DNA of 64,000 nucleotides from Azolla caroliniana. Taxonomy: Eukaryota; Plantae; Polypodiophyta. A program made the position numbers and the translations under genes. The notes beneath the pieces are model-generated. The model was not told the DNA's origin and searched no databases. It was given only the letters and a program-made list of their open reading frames with translations. Shown piece after piece: positions 10,474 through 24,115 of the stretch (position 1 is the first letter of the stretch; each line of letters starts with the position of its first letter). The stretch lies in the NCBI GenBank assembly GCA_043228905.1, contig JBHGNT010000014.1, positions 7,750,001-7,814,000 on the forward strand, in the 5' to 3' direction.

Positions 10474-13400
10474 TGTTGAGTAACAAGCTCAACATTGGGT
10501 GCGTAATACGGCGCATAACCTAGTGCGTAGACTGGACGTGCAAGTTAGTACGCATAACTTGGTCGTATCGGTGCGTAAACCGAAAGGCCGTTAGAGAGAT
10601 ATTCCTAGTAAGTAATAATTTTGGGAGTGAGTGTCGAGGCTCATTTATGAGCAGTCAAGTACTGTCAGTACTTGTGTCAACCCGATAGTCTGGGCTTATA
10701 TAAAAGGTGCTCACTAAGCACGAAGAATGTACAGAGCGTCATTATTTTGAAATAGAACTGAGTTGTCTGCTCTGTCTCTGTCTCTGTCTCTGTCTCTCCA
10801 TCTCCATCTCCATCTCTGTATTTTCTACGTTTTACCGAATTGTCTTATTTCCGAACTGTGTACTCTGTGCTTACGCACACATATTCTTTTACATGGTATC
10901 AGAGCGTGAGGGTTGAAGTCCTCTGCAGCCGACAAGAAAAGCTTGCGACAAAACAAAGTTGAAGTTGTTCTTCGTTTTTTTTTCGAAAAAGAAAAAGATA
11001 GCAATATGGATAGAGGTATGGGAAGCTCGCTACCGATTGAGAAGCTCGACAGGAGCAACTACGCATCTTGGTCGTACAAGATGCACCAGTACTTGCTCGG
11101 TCACGTCTACTAGAGTTATGTCGAAGGAGCTAATGATGTAGCACCTGATTCGACACAGAGAGATTTTTCGGCTTGGGAACAAGCGGCAAGCAGAGTTCTC
11201 TACTGCTTTGCATCCTGTGTGAGCGACCAACTATTGAGCTATATTCAGGATGCTAAGACGCCAAAGGACGCGTGGGTGAATCTCAAAAAGATTTTTGCCT
11301 CAAGCACAACGGCCAGGAAGCTGTAGCTTAGGCAGGAGCTCAACAATGTCTGGCAGAAAGATCTGTCTGTGGTTGATTACATGACCCGAATCAAGGAAAT
11401 CTGCGATTCTCTCGCCTCCATCAACGTGAACGTTGAGGAGGATGAAATGGTGTAGGTTTTCCTTGGTGGGATTGCATCTAGGTTCGGAGCCTTCCGAACG
11501 GCGGTCTGTACGAGGGAGAATACGCCTTCGTTCTTCGAGCTTTAGTCAATGTTGCTCGTTGAGGAAAATCACGCGAGTGCGTCGACGAGTACGCACACCG
11601 ACGACAAGATGCTTTACATGGAGGAAGATAGGCCTCATGGTCGTGGTGGACGAGGCAGATTGACGCGCAATGGAGGCAGTCGACAAGAGTAGAACAAGCC
11701 GCATAATCGAAATGCCGACAGTAGTTCCGGACCCTCCACAAGTAGGGGGAGTCTTGGCGGCGCCGAGAGCCGGCAAGAAAAGGCCGTGTCGGAATGTTGG
11801 TACTGTGGCAAGAAAGGCCACAAGGAGAGCGAGTGCTGGAAAAAGAGAGCCGATTCAGACAAAGTCGGATCGAGCCTAAGAAATGCAGAGAGGCGTCAGA
11901 GATCGCACTACGCAGAAGGCTCTGAACGAGCCGAAAACAAATTGGGTCCAGCCTTCGTAATGAAGCATAAGGCCAATTTTATGGCTGCGAACACCTCAAA
12001 ATCGAGCTAGGTGTGGTATGTTGATTCCGGAGCGTCAAATCATATGATGAGTCACGAGGAATGGTTGTCGTACTTGGAGAAACTGGAATCGCAAGGAGTG
12101 GTCGAAACGGGAGACGACACTCCGCATACCATCAAACATGTCGGCGAAGTTCCCCTCAGCCACGTCGGGCCGAAAGGGAAGCTCATGAACGTGTTGTAGG
12201 TCCTGACAATAACGAAGAACTTGGTGTCGGTCGGTCAGATCGTCGACCAGGGAATGCAGGTTCAATTCACGCATCTCGGCTGCTTCATAGAAGAGGAAGG
12301 CAAAGTAATCGCGCAAGGGCGCTGTGAAGGGAGGATGTTTATCCTCGAAACTAACAATGTGGGCACTGCTATGTTTGCGAAAGGGCAGAAGGTCGTGTCG
12401 AACATCGACCTATGGCATAAGCAGTTTGGCCACGTAAATTTCTCACAGCTTCGTGAGATGTAGACGAAGAATATTGTTTTCGGCTTGCCGAAATTCCAGG
12501 GCCGTAATGGCCAAGTCTGTGAAGCCTATCAGATGGGAAAACAACACCGACTTCCATTCCCCAATGAGTGTAATCGTAGTTGAAGTCCGCTGGATTTAAT
12601 CCATTAAGATGTGTGGGGACCGGCACAGAACGTGAGTCTCGGTGGGAGCCCTTACTTTGTAACCTTCATCGACGACTTCACTCGACACACATGGGTATGC
12701 ACGATCGCGAAGAAGAGCGAAGTTTTCGCATGTTTCCTGAAGGTGAAGAGCCTTGCGGAAAGAGAAACAGGGTGTAAGATCAAATGCCTACAGTCCAATG
12801 GCGGGAAGGAGTACTTCTCTGACCAGTTCACACGTTATCTAGAAAAGGAGGGAATTCGACGCGAATTCTCATGTAGATACACGCCGCAGCAGAACGGCGT
12901 GGCCGAGCAGAAGAATCGGACAATTGAAGAAGCGGCCAGGGCAATGCTCGAAGAGAAGCATATGCCGAAATTCTATTGGGCTGAAGCCGTGAGGACGGTT
13001 GCCTACCTATAGAATTAGACTTCTGCTAATGGAGGAGCGTCGCCACATGAGCTGTATTTCGGGAAGAAGTCGAACTTGGCACACTTGAGGATTTTCGGTA
13101 GTATTGCATATGTGCATGTGCCGAAGGAAAAGTGGAGGAAGCTGGATGCCAAAGCTGAAAAGTGCATCTTACTCGGCTATCTAGACAAGCAAAAGGGATA
13201 TAAATGTTATAACCCTCGAACAAAGGAAGTACGCATAAGTCGAGATGTCGTGTTCGACGAATCTGCTTCGTGGTACCTGCCTTCACCTTCAATACCTCAC
13301 GATTCCATTTTGAATTCTGAGGAAGAAGTCAACGAGGCTGGGATGCCTTTGCATGATGAGGAAATCGGAGCTCTGAGAGAGAGTCTGATCTCATTTCGGC

Positions 13401-16256
13401 TAAGTGGGCCGAATGAAGGGTTGAGCCGAAATGATCAACCTATTGAACAGACGACGAGTAGTGGAGACTCGGCGGTGATGTCCCCGCGTAAAGAACCGAG
13501 GAGACGGTTTACGCATAAAGAGAAGGGCAAGAAGAAAATGCCAGAATACGACTTTGGCAGTGCCAAGTCAGATCGGAGCGAGTTTGAGTATGGGCAAACT
13601 GAAAAGGAACCTCCACGAAAGAGGTCGACAGTAGCCGCAAAGGTCGTGAATTCGGGTAATCATGAATTACGCCGATCTACGTGGCTCAAGAACCCCGTAA
13701 AGAGATACGGGTATAATGAGTACATGGCACACCATTACGCATACATGACGCGAGTGGCGGAAATGCGTGAGCCGAAGAGCCACGCAAAAGCAGTGAAGGA
13801 CGCAAATTGCTGTGCCGCAATGGAGGAAGAGATGCGCGCATTGGCAAAGAATGAAACCTGAGACCTACTTGACGCACCGAAGGGTGTGAAGCTGATCAGA
13901 TGTAGGTGGGTGTACAAGGTCAAGTATACCACCGACGGCTCGGTCAACCGATACAAGGCTCGGTTAGTAGCGAAAGGCTACCCGCAACAACACGACATCG
14001 ACTACGATGAGACGTTTGCCCCGGTCGCAAAGATGACGACCGTCCATGTTTTGCTTGCGGTAGCTGCGGCGAAGGGGTGTCATTTACATCAGATGGATGT
14101 CAAGAATGTGTTCCTGCAAGGTGAGCTTGAGGAACAAGTGTACATGGTACAACCCCCTAGATTTCTATCCGAACAAAACACCTCGGCAATTTGCCGACTG
14201 AAGAAGTCACTACAGACTTAAGCAAGCCCCGCGAGCCTGGAACGGGAAGATTACGAACAGTTGCATAGGATGGGGTTTACGACGTCGAAATCGGACTCTT
14301 CACTATTTGTTCAGCAAGATCCATATGGACCAGTAAGTCTTATACTTTATGTTGATGATTAAGTCATCGCCGGTGCCAACCTGGATGAAATCCACCACAT
14401 AAAGTCTCAACTTGTGGCATCATTCGACATGAAGGATCTTGGAGACCTTCATTACTTCCTCGGGATTGAAGTGATCTGTATCCTCGAAGGCATATTGATA
14501 AGACAACGTCATTACACATTGAATATGCTCTTCAAGTTCGGCATGGCAACCTATAAGCCCATCTCAACCCCTCTTGACAGAAATGTAAAGCTTCGCCGAG
14601 ATTCAAGAAAGGTGTGCAACCCGACACGGTTTCGAAAAATTGTCGGAAGCCTCATCTATTTGACGATTACTCGGCCAGATCTCAGCTACCCGGTTGGCTT
14701 AATCAGTCAATTTATGTCGCAACCTATGGCCGAACACTTTCAGTGTGTGCAAAGGATATTGCGATATGTTAGCGGCACGAAAGACATGGCATTGCTGTAT
14801 CAGGCAAGCGTAGCTGAACAATTGGTTGGCTACACGTATGCCAATTGGGCCAGAAACGCCAATGATCATAGATCCACATTCGGATATGCCTTCTCCTTAG
14901 GAAGTGCAGCGATCGCGTCGAGCAGCAAAAAGCAGTCGACAGTGGCATTGTTGAGCACGGAGGCTGAATATCAAGGGGCGATTATCGCTATGTGTGAAGT
15001 CGTTTGGCTGAAACAACTATTACGGGATTTGCATGTAGAGGTGTCTAATTCGACGACGATCTATTGCGACAATCTCAATAGTATCCACCTTGCGAAAAAC
15101 CCCATGTTCCACACCCGGACCAAGCACATTGAGGTGCATTACCATTTTTTCCACAAGCGGGTCCTTTTAGGTGAAGTCGAACTAGTGTATGTTACAACAG
15201 ATCGGCAGGTTGACGACATCTTCATTAAGCCTCTTGGTCTTGACAAGTTACGGCATTTCTTAAGTGAGCTAGGACTGCGTCACCTCGACACGCCGAACTT
15301 GAGGAGGAGAAAGGAAGAACAGGAACAAGAGCATGAAAGGAGTAGAGGTGCTCATCACGGCGGAAGTAACCGTGACGCGGAATCGGATGAAGAATTCGAT
15401 TTCGGGCTAGCTGAAGAAGCTGAAGAAAAGAACAAGGGCCATAACCGTAGGGAAGAACCGAGGATAGCCAAATCATGGGGAGATACAACCAAGAAGGGCA
15501 TAAAGGCCAAGACTAAGATGTGGTCTGATGTAGTCAAAGGCCTAAAGAGAGGAGACGAATTGGAGACAACCAATTCGGATGAGCGCGGATTTGAATAAGA
15601 AGTGTTCGATTCGGATACGCCAAATCAATTGAAGGCCAAACAGAGAAAAGGGTAGGGAAGGACGCACCAACACCGTGACAACAAGGGAGCTGAGAAGGGC
15701 CGAAAAAGCAGACAAGCCGACCGGAAGGGTCGAAGCACGCGGAATCGAACGGGTCGAGGAGCTCGAGCAAGGCGTGAACCAGAAGGAACCAGAGCGTAGA
15801 TCTGGAAGAGCGGATGGAACCTCAAGTTAAGCTTGAGGGGGAGTGTTGAGTAACAAGCTCAACATTGGGTGCGTAATACGGCGCGTAACCTAGTGCGTAG
15901 ACTGGACGCGCAAGTTAGTACGCATAACTTGGCCGTATCAGGCATAAACCGAAAGGCCATTAGAGAGATATTCCTCGTAAGGAATAATTTTGTGAGTGAG
16001 TGTTGAGGCTCATTTATGAGCAATCAAGTACTGTCAGTACTTGTGTCAGCTCGATAGTTAGGGCTTGTATAAAAGGTGCTCACTAAGCACGAAGAATGTA
16101 CAGAGCGTCATTATTTTGAAATAGAACTGAGTTGTTTGCTCTGTCTCTCCATCTCCATCTCCATCTCTGTGTTTTCTACGTTTTACCGAACTGTCTTATT
16201 TCTGAACTGTGTACTCTGTGTTTACGCACACGCTTCCGCACACATATTCTTTTACA
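10474..16256 (+). mobile_element. Cop5: full-length Ty1/copia element (5' LTR 10474-10893, PBS 10894-10905, PPT 15835-15843, 3' LTR 15844-16256)
   Basis: LTR pair with TG..CA. TSD tccgg at 10469-10473 and 16257-16261. Perfect tggtatcagagc PBS. Confidence 0.97.
11006..15851 (+). pseudogene. gag-pol: Cop5 gag-pol, fragmented
   Basis: EKLDRSNYASWSYKM gag, CCHC knuckle, WYVDSGAS protease, integrase 12611-13861, RT 13886-14400, RH 14414-15598. Many stops. Confidence 0.93.
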
Positions 16257-16885
16257 TCCGGTTCAGACGATCTCCGATGTCTACTTCGGTTGGTACCCGG
16301 TTTGGGCGGTATACGGTTCTCTCTTGTACTCCCCCTCAAGCTTGGCAATTCAGGGATCATCAATCCAAGCTTTGACATGAATTGCCGAAGCTTGTCGGAT
16401 CCTAGGGCCTTGGTGAAGATGTCAGTTGTCTGAAGATTCGTGTTGATGTGTTGAAGGCCAACATCTTCGGCCTGTATGCACTCTTGAATGAAGTGATAGT
16501 GTACTTAGATATGCTTTGTGCGTGCGTGGAACACCGCGTTCCAAGGCAGATAAATATTGCTCATGTTGTCACAGTAAAGGGGAGTCAGATACTTAATGGG
16601 AATGCCCAAATCCTTCAACATCCTCTTGAGCCATACAACTTCACATGCAGCCATGCTTGTGCCCCTGTATTCAGCCTCTGTGCTCGAAAGAGCAACAATT
16701 GGTTGCTTCTTGCTACTCTGCTGCCGAGGGAGAAAATGAATCCGGAGGTCGATCGTCAATCGGCTCTGTAGCCGGCTCAGTCGGCATCTGTGTACCCTTT
16801 GAGTCGAATTGGTGTGGTCGATTCGTAGAGAATACCACAAATTGTTGTGCCGCTCACATATCGTAATACTCGCTTAGCTCAATCC

Positions 16886-19800
16886 TGTGAAATGTTACGT
16901 GCGGAAGCTATATGAAACATAGAATACCAACATGGAAAAAAAGGTTTAATAGGGAGCTTAAGACACGATGTACACAAGAGAGACAGAGAGAGAATTAACA
17001 CATAGAAAAACTAAATTCAAATAATGTGTAAACTCTGTACATAGGATGTGCTCAGAGAGCACTTTTATACAAGTCCATACGGATTGATAAAGTACTGACA
17101 CGTAGTTCAATGCTCATAACTGAGCTCCTACACTAACTCCCAAATATATTCCCTCGCGGAATATCTGTTCAACGGCTTCCTGGTTTCCGCACTGATCCGG
17201 TTCTCGGCTTGCATAGCCGATTCGGCCAATGTTGAGCTTGTATGTCAACAATCCCCCTCAAGCTCAACTTGAGACTCTTCCGGTCCTTCGCTCCGGTTTC
17301 TCTTGACTTCACGCCTCGCTCACGCTCCTCGACCCATTTGATTCTGCGTGCCTCGACCCTTACGGTCGGGCTTGTCTACTAGTGTGGCCTTTTCCAGCTC
17401 CCTTGCTGTCACGGTCTTGGCGCCTCTTCTGCTGCCCTTTCTTCCGCTTGTCCTTCAGTTGATTCGGCATCTCCGAATCAAACATTCAAGCCGAATCGGC
17501 TGCCTTTGATTTGTCTCCGCTTTTGTCCAAATTAGCTGTCTCCAATTTGTCCTCAATGTTGGCCTTCTCGCCCTTGTTGGCTTCATCTCCCCCATGATTG
17601 GCTGGCAACTTGTCTAGACCAAGGGGCTTGGTGAAGATGTCGGCGTTCTGCCGATCCGTCGGAACATATTGAAGTTTGACTTCACCAGAGAGGACACGCT
17701 CGCGGACAAAGTGGTGGTGCACCTCAATGTGCTTAGTCCAGGCATGGAAGATGGGGTTCTTCGCAAGCTGTATGCTGCTGATGTTGTCGTAGTAGATCTT
17801 CATCAAACCGGACACCTCCACTTGCGGATCCTTAAGTAGCCGCTTCAGCCATATGCCTTTGCATGTTGTGACAACCGCTCCTCGATACTCGACCTCGGTG
17901 CTCAACAGTGCAATTATCGGCTGCTTCTTGCTACTCCACGCGATCGCGGCGCTCCCAAAGGAGAACGCGAATCCGGATGTGGATCGGCGACCACCAGTGT
18001 TTTCGGCCTAGTCGACATCTGTATAACTGACTAGCTGCGCGGCAGCACCGGTCCAATATAGTAGCCCCCGGTCCTTAGTGCCACTGACGTACCTGAGTAC
18101 GCGTTGCGCGCACTGAAGGTGCTCCTCGGTTGGCCGCGCCATTTACTGACTAATCAAGCCGACTGGGTAATTGAGGTCCGGCTAGGTGATAGTCAAGTAT
18201 ATGAGGCTTCCGACAATTTGTCGGAACCTTTTCGAGTTGCAGAACTTTCCGGAGTCGGGGCGAAGCTTCATGGTTCTGTCCAGAGGAGTTGAGGTGGACT
18301 TACAATCTGCCATCCCGAACTTGAAGAGCATACTCAGCAGTAATGCCGTTGGCTGATGAGTATGCGTTCGGGGGTTCGGATCACTTTGATCCCGAGAAAG
18401 TAATGAAGGTCCCCCAAGTCCTTCATATCAAATGATGCCGCAAGCTGGAGCTTTACGCGGTCAATTTCATCTAAGTCGACGCCGGCGATGACCAAGTCAT
18501 CAACATAAAGTAAAATACTAACCAACCCAAGTCGACCTTGCCGGACGAACAATGAAGAGTCCGATTTAGACGTCTCAAATCCCATCCGACGCAGTCCATG
18601 CGGGATCTTCGCGTTCCAGGCACGCGGGGCTTGTTTTAGTCCGTAAAGCGACTTCTTCAACCGGCACACCGCCGAAGTGTTCATTTCGGAGTGAAATCTG
18701 GGGGGTTGTACCATGTACACTTGTTCCTCAAGCTCGCCTTGCAGGAACGCATTCTTTACATCCATCTGATGTAAGTGCCACCCCTTCGTCGCAGCTACCG
18801 CAAGAAAAACACGGATTGTCGTCATCTTCGCGACCGGTGCAAACGTCTCATCATAATCAATGATGTGTTGCTGCGTGTAGCCTTTTGCTACTAACCGAGC
18901 CTTGTATCGGTTGACCGAGCCGTCGGTGTTGTACTTGACCTTGTACACCCACCTGCATCCAATCGGCTTTACACCCTTGGGGGCGTCAACTAGGTCCCAG
19001 GTTTCATTCTCCGCAAGTACGTTCATCTCTTCCTCCATGGCGGCATGCCAATTTGCATCCTTTGCTGCTTCTGTGTAGCTCTCCGGCTCACACACTTCCG
19101 CTACACGTGTCATGTACGCATAGTGATGCGCCATGTACTCGTTGTATCTGAACTGCATAATAGGGTTCTTCTAGTAGGTAGATGGGCGTAATTGCTCATT
19201 TGCCAATATTGAGGCCGTTTTGGCCGATGCAGGCTTCGTTCTTGAAGGCCCTTCATCGTTCTTCTCAGAGTCGGATTCGCGTCGATCCAACTCGTCCGTA
19301 TTTGTGTCGTACTCCGGCATCTTCTTCTTTCCCTTTTCTTTGAGCGTAAGCTGTCTCTTCGGCTTCCTGCGCGGGGAATGCACGACCGAGTCTCCACTAC
19401 TCGCCGGCTCTTGATCTGACTAGTCAACCCGACTCGGTCTCTCATTCGATCCACTTAGCCGAAATGAGATCGGACTCTCTTCAAGAGTTTCGACTTTGCG
19501 CTCATCAGGGGGCATCTCAGCCTCGTGGACCTCATCTTCAAAAGTCGGATTGGAGTTGAGGTTCAGAGTCAGAGGCAAATACCAAGATGCGGACTCATCG
19601 AACACAACATCACGACTTACGCAAGCTTGTTTGGTTCGAGGGTTATAACACTTATAACCCTTCTGTTCGTCCGAGTAGCCGACCAAGATACACTTCTCGG
19701 CTTTTGCATCTAACTTCCTCCGCTTCTCCTTCAACACATGCACATACGCGATGCTACCAAAAACCCTCAAGTGTCGTAGATTCAACTTCCTTCCGGAATA

Positions 19801-20216
19801 CAGCTCATGTGCCGACACTTTTTCTCCGATCTGATTCTGGAAGTAGACCGCGGTTCGGACCGTAGTTCGGCCCAATAAAACTTGGGCATGCTCTTTTCTT
19901 CCAGCATTGCCCGCAGCGCTTCCACAACTGACCAATTCTTCCTTTCGGCTACGTTGTTTTGCTCCGACGTATACTTGCAACTGAATTCGCGGCGAATTCC
20001 CATTTGTTACAGATAACTGTTGAGTTGGCCGGAAAAATACTCTTTTTCGCCATCTGACCGCAGCCACTTGATCTTCCTCCCTGTTTCCCTTTCGACAAGA
20101 TTTTTGAGGTTCCCGAAACAGTCGAAGACTTCACTCTTTTTTTCGATGAGGTAGATCCATGTGTGTCGGGTGTAGTCGTCGATGAAGGATTCGAAATATC
20201 GACTCCCGCCAAAACT
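16886..20216 (-). mobile_element. Cop6: 5'-truncated copia element of the Cop3/Cop5 lineage (3' LTR 16886-17250, PPT 17251-17259, RH-RT-INT)
   Basis: LTR with TG..CA, then atccccctc. ORFs 17486-17905, 18334-19158 and 19420-20067. Ends in the integrase, fused to Cop4 RT. Confidence 0.9.
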
Positions 20217-21035
20217 CATGTCCGTCATTTCGAATTTGCTATAGAGGAGGGACTGGACCTTGTTGATGTCGATGAGACTTTCACCTCCAATTACCATATC
20301 AACCATATATAGGATGATGACAATTGGGCTTTCAGAGTCGTTTCATACGTAGATGGAGTTGTCAGATTTCGACATTCAAAAGCCGATTCGATGAAGATAT
20401 TGTGTTAGATATAATCAATGATCAGCCCCAAGTTGTAAATGTTACCCGTTCCTTTGGGTGACACCTTCGATAGACCTGAGGTTATCGGTAGCAAAGGATG
20501 TGTTACGTGAAGGCTCGTAAACAGAGGCGTCGTGAGGTAGAAAATAATTCGAGATGGAACACTAGTGAGATCTTGATAGGCGTGGACGGCACTTAATTCA
20601 GAAACACGAGAGAAAACACAGACTCATGGAGCAAGATGGGCACAATAAAAGATATGTATTAATGCGACAGCAAAAGGGTTACAGAGCGCGGCCTACGACC
20701 GGTGACCTTACAATAGTATCTAATTACGATGGAATTTGCTAGTGCTTCCGCCTATACTTTTTCTACTCCCTCTCTGAGGTACTCGACTTTGTTTAAATAA
20801 CGTTTCCCCTAATACACAGCCGAGCCGTCGGTGGCCCGTGATACTCGGACTCAGCGCTCGTTGGCGTTCTTTCCTACTCGGTTACACTACCGCCGTTTGC
20901 TAATTTCCTAATTTACATTTCTGTCCTCTTGACAACACCTGCCACGCCCGTGGGACAAGACCTTGTCCGTCGGACCCACGACTTACAAAATACTAACAAC
21001 ATTACAAAAATTGCCTTTTAGGCATGATCCTCGTT

Positions 21036-24000
21036 TCATTCCTCTTCTAAGATGTCGAGGATGTTTTCGAGGTCTGGGGTGGTGGCAGGGTGGTTTGGTT
21101 GGACTGTCGGTGCGGGGGGTTGAGTTTGGTCCTGGGGTGTCATATCCTCTCGGGCATCCGCCTCAGGTGCGGCTGATTCGTCTGGTGGTGGTGTGGGTTC
21201 GAGGGGGCTGACCTCTACTTCGATTGGATCTGGTACCATGTGGGCGTCCTCGGGAGGTCTGTTGGCCGGGGCGAGCTCCTTCTGTGCCGTGTCCGTGATC
21301 TCCTCGCTGGGAGGTTCTTCCTTCTACTCTGTGGCCATTGGAGGGCTGGTTGGGATGGCTGTGAGTCGTTCTCGTTCGAGGGCTTCTGCTTCCAGGCGAA
21401 ACAACATCTGATCGTCATTGAAGTCCTCCAGCATTTGCTCGATTGCCGCGGTGTGAGATTTCGCCAAGGACTGGTAATCCTCGGTTAAATCTGCACGGAG
21501 GTTTTGTATGTTGGCTTCGTCCATTTTGTAAAAGCCGCGGCCCTCCTTCCGTCGGTTCTCGGCATCGGCGCGTAAAATATGCAATTCGGCAGCTTGGGCT
21601 GCCCATTCTTCTCTTGCGCGACTTAATGTTTCCTCGACCTTTTTGGTGAGGTGCTGGCGCTATTTCTCGATCAGTATTCTAATGCGTGGCTCATCCATGC
21701 TGGGCTGTGCTCGGATGGCTGCCAATTCCTCCTTTAAGCCGTTGACCTCGGCCTGAAGCTTCTTTGCGAGTAGTTCATAGGTAGCTTGAGTGTTCTTTGC
21801 ATCTGTGATTACGAGCTGGATAGACTGCTCATAATGCTTGGTGAGCTCTTCGGTAGTTTTCTCCCATTCTTTTTGACACGCGGCCCGGACTTGTTCCCGT
21901 TCGACGATTCTCTCTTCTTGTAGGGCGAGGTAGGAATCAAATAATTCGTCTTTTTGCTCCAAAAGTAGCTTGTATTTGATGAAAAACTCGTCAGCCATTT
22001 CTTTAAGGGTCGTACGCTGACTCTCAGCTCGGCATTCTCCGCGATCATTCTCTCCTCCCGTTGGCGATTTCTTTCCTCCTGCCGGTGGTTCCAATCTTTC
22101 GCATTGTCGAGCGCGGACTGTAGGTCTAGGACCTCCTTCTCTTTCTCTGCCACTGTGGCCGTGTATTCCTCCAACTTGCTTTTGAGTTCTGCTTCTTTGC
22201 CCGCGGCTTGCGCTTGTACCCGACCTAGTGCTTCATTCTGCTCGTGTATCCTTTGGTCGACCTGGGCTCTAATCTCGGCCATCCGTTTGGAAGCTTCTTC
22301 TTTTAAGCGAGCCATGGCCTCTTGATGCCGTGGTTCGTGTCTCTTGGTCCGCCGTTGTTCTTCTTTAAGCTCCACTCGGTAATCTCGGAGTGGGGGTTCT
22401 GTCTGGGTTGCCACCTCCTTTGGTGGACGAGGGGGTGGCGTCTCGGTCTTCTCCATGGGCATGGCCGCCTCGGTTGTTGTGCAGGCATCGACCATTTGTA
22501 ACGAGTCCATTAGTGTGTTGGCCTAGATCGTCAGGATTGAATCCGTGACGGTGCTTTCATCTATCATTGTTATGCGTGGAAGGGCTGGGAGGGCCTCGGT
22601 GGTCGTGGCCGGAAGGCTCAAGAGTTGTTGTTCTGGCCGGTTTTGCTCCTAGGCTGCCAGTTTCCGTTTCGCAGCGTGCCATAACTCCGAGCCACCTTAG
22701 CCTGTTTTTGGGTTGTTTTTATCTTTCAGGCCATGTCTTTGGCTGCCCGCGTAGTGCGATCCAGGTCCCTATATGCCTCGATGAGGGCCGTGTTCAACTC
22801 GGGGACCTCCATGAGGAGAGCGGCCTGTTTTGCCTGCTTCCTCCTGCCTATTTTTTGTAAAGCCCTGTCGTCGTTGGGCTCAATTTCACCTAATAGCGCG
22901 CATTGAATCATTTCTGTTTCGGCGTGCTCTTCCGCCATTCGAGCGGCTGCCGCGACTTGGGCTCTGGCGAGGAAGTCGACCAGCTCAAATGTCGTACCGA
23001 GGCGTAGGAGCGCACTAAATTCGCATGCCTCTACGGGGAGGTCTTTATAACCGAGGACTTCATCCTCCGAGATCTGCGTTGTCTACCCATGCTTGATCTT
23101 TCCCTGGTTCAATGATGCCTCCACAGGGATGATGGTCAGGTTGTTCTGGCTGACAACTAAGGCTTGCTCCTGTTGTGGCTCTTTCTGTTCTGCCAAGGAC
23201 TCGCGGTTGAGTCGTCTTTTCTTGCTCGGCTGGGTTTGGGGTTCCGGGGCCGGTGGTGTCGTTTCCTCCGCCTTCTTCCTTTTCTGGGGTCGTGGTGGTG
23301 CTGCCTGCTGTGTGTTGGGCCGTGGGCTAGGCTCTGGGGGAGTTACCGAGGGACGCGGCATTGGCTGTCGAATGGTGACATCGTCTCCTTCTCCCAATCT
23401 TGGCAGGTCTCGGGAACTGCCCTGTTTTGTTGGGGTTGGGTGGGTGGTGGTGCCGATGTGGGGTTTTGGTCGGCGGCAGGAGGTGAAGGCGGTGTGGGCT
23501 CTTCCCATACTTCGTGGCTGATGGCAACCAATTTCTCTCTCTGCCTTCGTGGTGGTGGTGGGGACGTGAGTGTCCGAGGGGAAGGAAGAGAAGAGGGCGG
23601 GTATAGAACCGTCAAAAAGTGGGTAAGAACAGACAACATCTTCTTACCTAACTGGAATGAGGCTGGAATGAGGCTAAGGCGGCGTGGAGTCCTTCGGTTG
23701 TGATGATTCCCCAGTCGACTCTGTTTCCTTCATACGCGTTGATGATGATGGCTGCCTTTTTCTGCGGCATGCTCGTCAGGTTCGTATGCACGAACGCATA
23801 CTCCATCAATATACGAGCAATCTCCCCAAAAGCTCTGTTGGGACCGCCATACGTGCGATATGCCTTCCCTGAGGCTGAGTACTCACCGAAGTACTCTTTC
23901 AGCTTCGATGCCGGGGGTATGTCGACCTCATGGTCCCCTCCCCGTTGCAGGTCCAAAGCAACCCGAAGCACGTTGTTGGTGATGGCTTCGGGACAAATAC

Positions 24001-24115
24001 GTCTAGCCACTCCTTGGGCATTCGGGTGTGCGGGGGCATCGATGATCTTCAGGTAACCGCCCATTCCTCGTTCCTGGAGCCAGGTGCGGGTTTCTGTTGA
24101 AGCGGTAAGAGGCAT
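21036..24115 (-). pseudogene. Gyp1 additional ORF (~1000 codons, fragmented): globular N-terminal domain, Pro-rich linker, long coiled coil
   Basis: Collinear ORFs 23648-24115, 23343-23639, 23083-23508, 22726-22938, 21809-22510, 21660-22094, 21324-21584 and 21036-21239. ATG in ccaccATG context. Confidence 0.75.
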
